A DNA stretch of 63,360 nt, counting the filler, from Phoronis australis (lineage: Eukaryota > Animalia > Phoronida), in the NCBI GenBank assembly GCA_002633005.1. It is 5 parts of 5 records of this genome, joined end to end, with 100 filler letters (N's around TTAATTAATTAA, not from the genome) between each part and the next. Parts side by side here need not be neighbours in the genome. Positions count along the whole stretch, not along the records: positions 60,126 to 63,360 come from NMRA01001265.1; 4 more parts are not named here. One strand, given 5' to 3'. The notes below the pieces were generated by a model, which saw only the letters and a program-made list of their open reading frames with translations, made no database searches and had not been told where the DNA came from. This document shows positions 61,535-63,360 of the stretch, one piece after another. Position numbers and translations under genes: made by a program. How positions within the stretch are numbered: the first letter of the stretch is position 1; each line of letters starts with the position of its first letter.

Positions 61535-63268
61535 CGATANTTACATAAAGTCAGTGTTGCATACATTTCTGAGAAGGAATTCAAAAACACCCTTTGCGTA
61601 CTATGTTTTACAAAAAGTAGCTGTCAGAGCAAAGCAAAATACAAATTTCATCAGAAACACTTCAATAGTCTAAAATGGTAGCTTTAGATATGCCATTTAT
61701 ATATTTTTTTTTAAATTGTTTAGGTGGCTCTCGAGTTATTTAAGTATTACAGCCTCAAAAATAGCCCTTTTTTCAGCAAGTAGCACCCAAAAATTTCAGG
61801 CCACAAAAAATATCAAGTTTAGACAACTATATTTGGCAATCCATAGCTTACTGTATTGCTAAAACAAGATAGAGAGTCCTTTACAAGTAGGTTAACAACA
61901 TGACATCGTCACCAAACCACTTTCAAACGACAAAACACTTAAAAAATTACCATGGTTCGGTGAAAATATTTCTTTTGTTCCAAAATATTTCAAAACAATT
62001 CTAAAAATGAAATTGGTATAACAAATTAATTCAAAAATAGCAAAAACTAGAAACCTAGTTTTTCAGAGTATTTCGTCATTTATTCAAAAATCTTTGAGTT
62101 TATGTGAATTCTTCTTTTTTCCCATACTTTATCAAAAAAAAAAACAACTGAAAATGTACACTTAAAGCAGAATTTTTTAGCAGTTTGACATCAATAGCGA
62201 ATTAAGGGGGGGGGCAAGAGGGCTACACCCCCCCCCTAAAATTCCCCCAGATTCCATTTGGCAGATCGGGAGTGCCAATGTCTGAATGACAAAATCCTAG
62301 TTAATACTCCTCTCTGGTTCCCCTAACACAAAATCCTGGATCTGCCCCTGGATATACATATCATTAAAATCGGTTCAGTAATGGATATTTAGCAACTGCA
62401 AATTTATCCTCTTCTCACATGCTGCAGTAGTTCGATTTTTAAAAATATTCATGAATGCCCCCATTTGTTGAAACGGCTATCAATATAAAGAAGAAAATAT
62501 TTCGGTAGCATACTTTTCATTTTCCACCACTTTTCATGCTGATATATATGAGCTTCTGAAAATCATGAAAATGGCAAAATTTCACTCTTGCTGAATTTTG
62601 GATATGTTGGTAAACCATNGGAATCCTTAAAACCCCCCTTACTGAAAACGTAGATCCGCCCCTGGCTTATGTATTGTAGACGTAGTGACGAATGAGAAAC
62701 TACATTTAGGTCGAGCCAAAATTCATACAAAATCACAATATTCAAACTACATTTCATCCTACACGACTGAGAATTCAACTAGTGAACAGAATTATCCATT
62801 TAGCTCAACCTTTTCATTGGGCAAAACTCCTGGATCGATTCGTTATCGTATGTTGAACTGTGCCTGCAGGCGGGCTGACCAACAACAACTTGTCAAATTA
62901 ATTCCGACACGTTTCGTAGCAATAATCCGACTTGAATGGCTCGCATACGCGATTTAGTTTGCATTAAACACAACAAATTAATTTCAAACTCAAAAATTTG
63001 CTTGACGTGCGCGAAATAAAAACCAAAGTTCACCTTCGTTACTATGCTTAGCCATGAGACCGGAAGTTTTGAATCCTGCTCACGTACTTTTGCGTTAGGC
63101 CGCGAGACTTCACGTAGCAAAAGGTACCCGCTCATCCAAAACATTTACGGCTAACAGATGGCGCTTTTCATCAATCACGTGTCATTTTATCGCTCAAGTA
63201 AGACTGTCTGCCAGAGAATCTTAACCAAGAACCTTGACCTACATTCTGCTGCTGCTGCTGACTGTAAC

Positions 63269-63360
63269 TAGGGCGGTCGAACCCAAATTTTTTTTTTCGT
63301 TTTGAAAAAATTCTCGATTATCATCGGGAAGATAATGCATCCTACTCAATAAAAATCGAA
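63269..63360. mobile_element. Left end of another TAGGG-starting element
   Basis: Shares the TAGGGC start and ATAATGCATCCTACTCAATAAAAAT with 58320-58410. Confidence 0.5.

Noticed and set aside
795-63144. Most short ORFs in the supplied track, including those antisense to gag/pol and the zinc-finger exon
   Set aside because: They have no recognisable motifs, many use non-ATG starts, and they are consistent with chance ORFs in repeats or shadows of real CDS.

Overview
AT-rich, repeat-dense eukaryotic DNA, most consistent with a marine invertebrate (inference from the element types; species not determinable). It is a stitched draft assembly. Four 100-nt N-TTAATTAATTAA-N linkers (about 10170, 41469, 49156, 60026) separate five contigs, and many single Ns join duplicated overlapping ends. 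Host-type genes are a tRNA-Ser(CGA), a 5'-truncated intronless arylamine N-acetyltransferase and a decayed C2H2 zinc-finger gene. Most other recognisable sequence is transposon-derived: MITEs, a Helentron-type HINE, L1/Tx1, CR1/L2 and BEL fragments, and an Academ-like transposase relic. The highlight is contig 41569-49155, a Gypsy/Metaviridae LTR retrotransposon arranged TatD nuclease ORF - PPT - single 250-bp LTR - tRNA-Ser PBS - gag - (-1 frameshift) - pol. TatD lies upstream of the PPT, so it occupies the element's own 3' (env-like) position and appears to be carried as cargo, with all catalytic motifs intact. The Gag also starts with a ComEA-like helix-hairpin-helix segment. All calls were made by eye; no searches were run.
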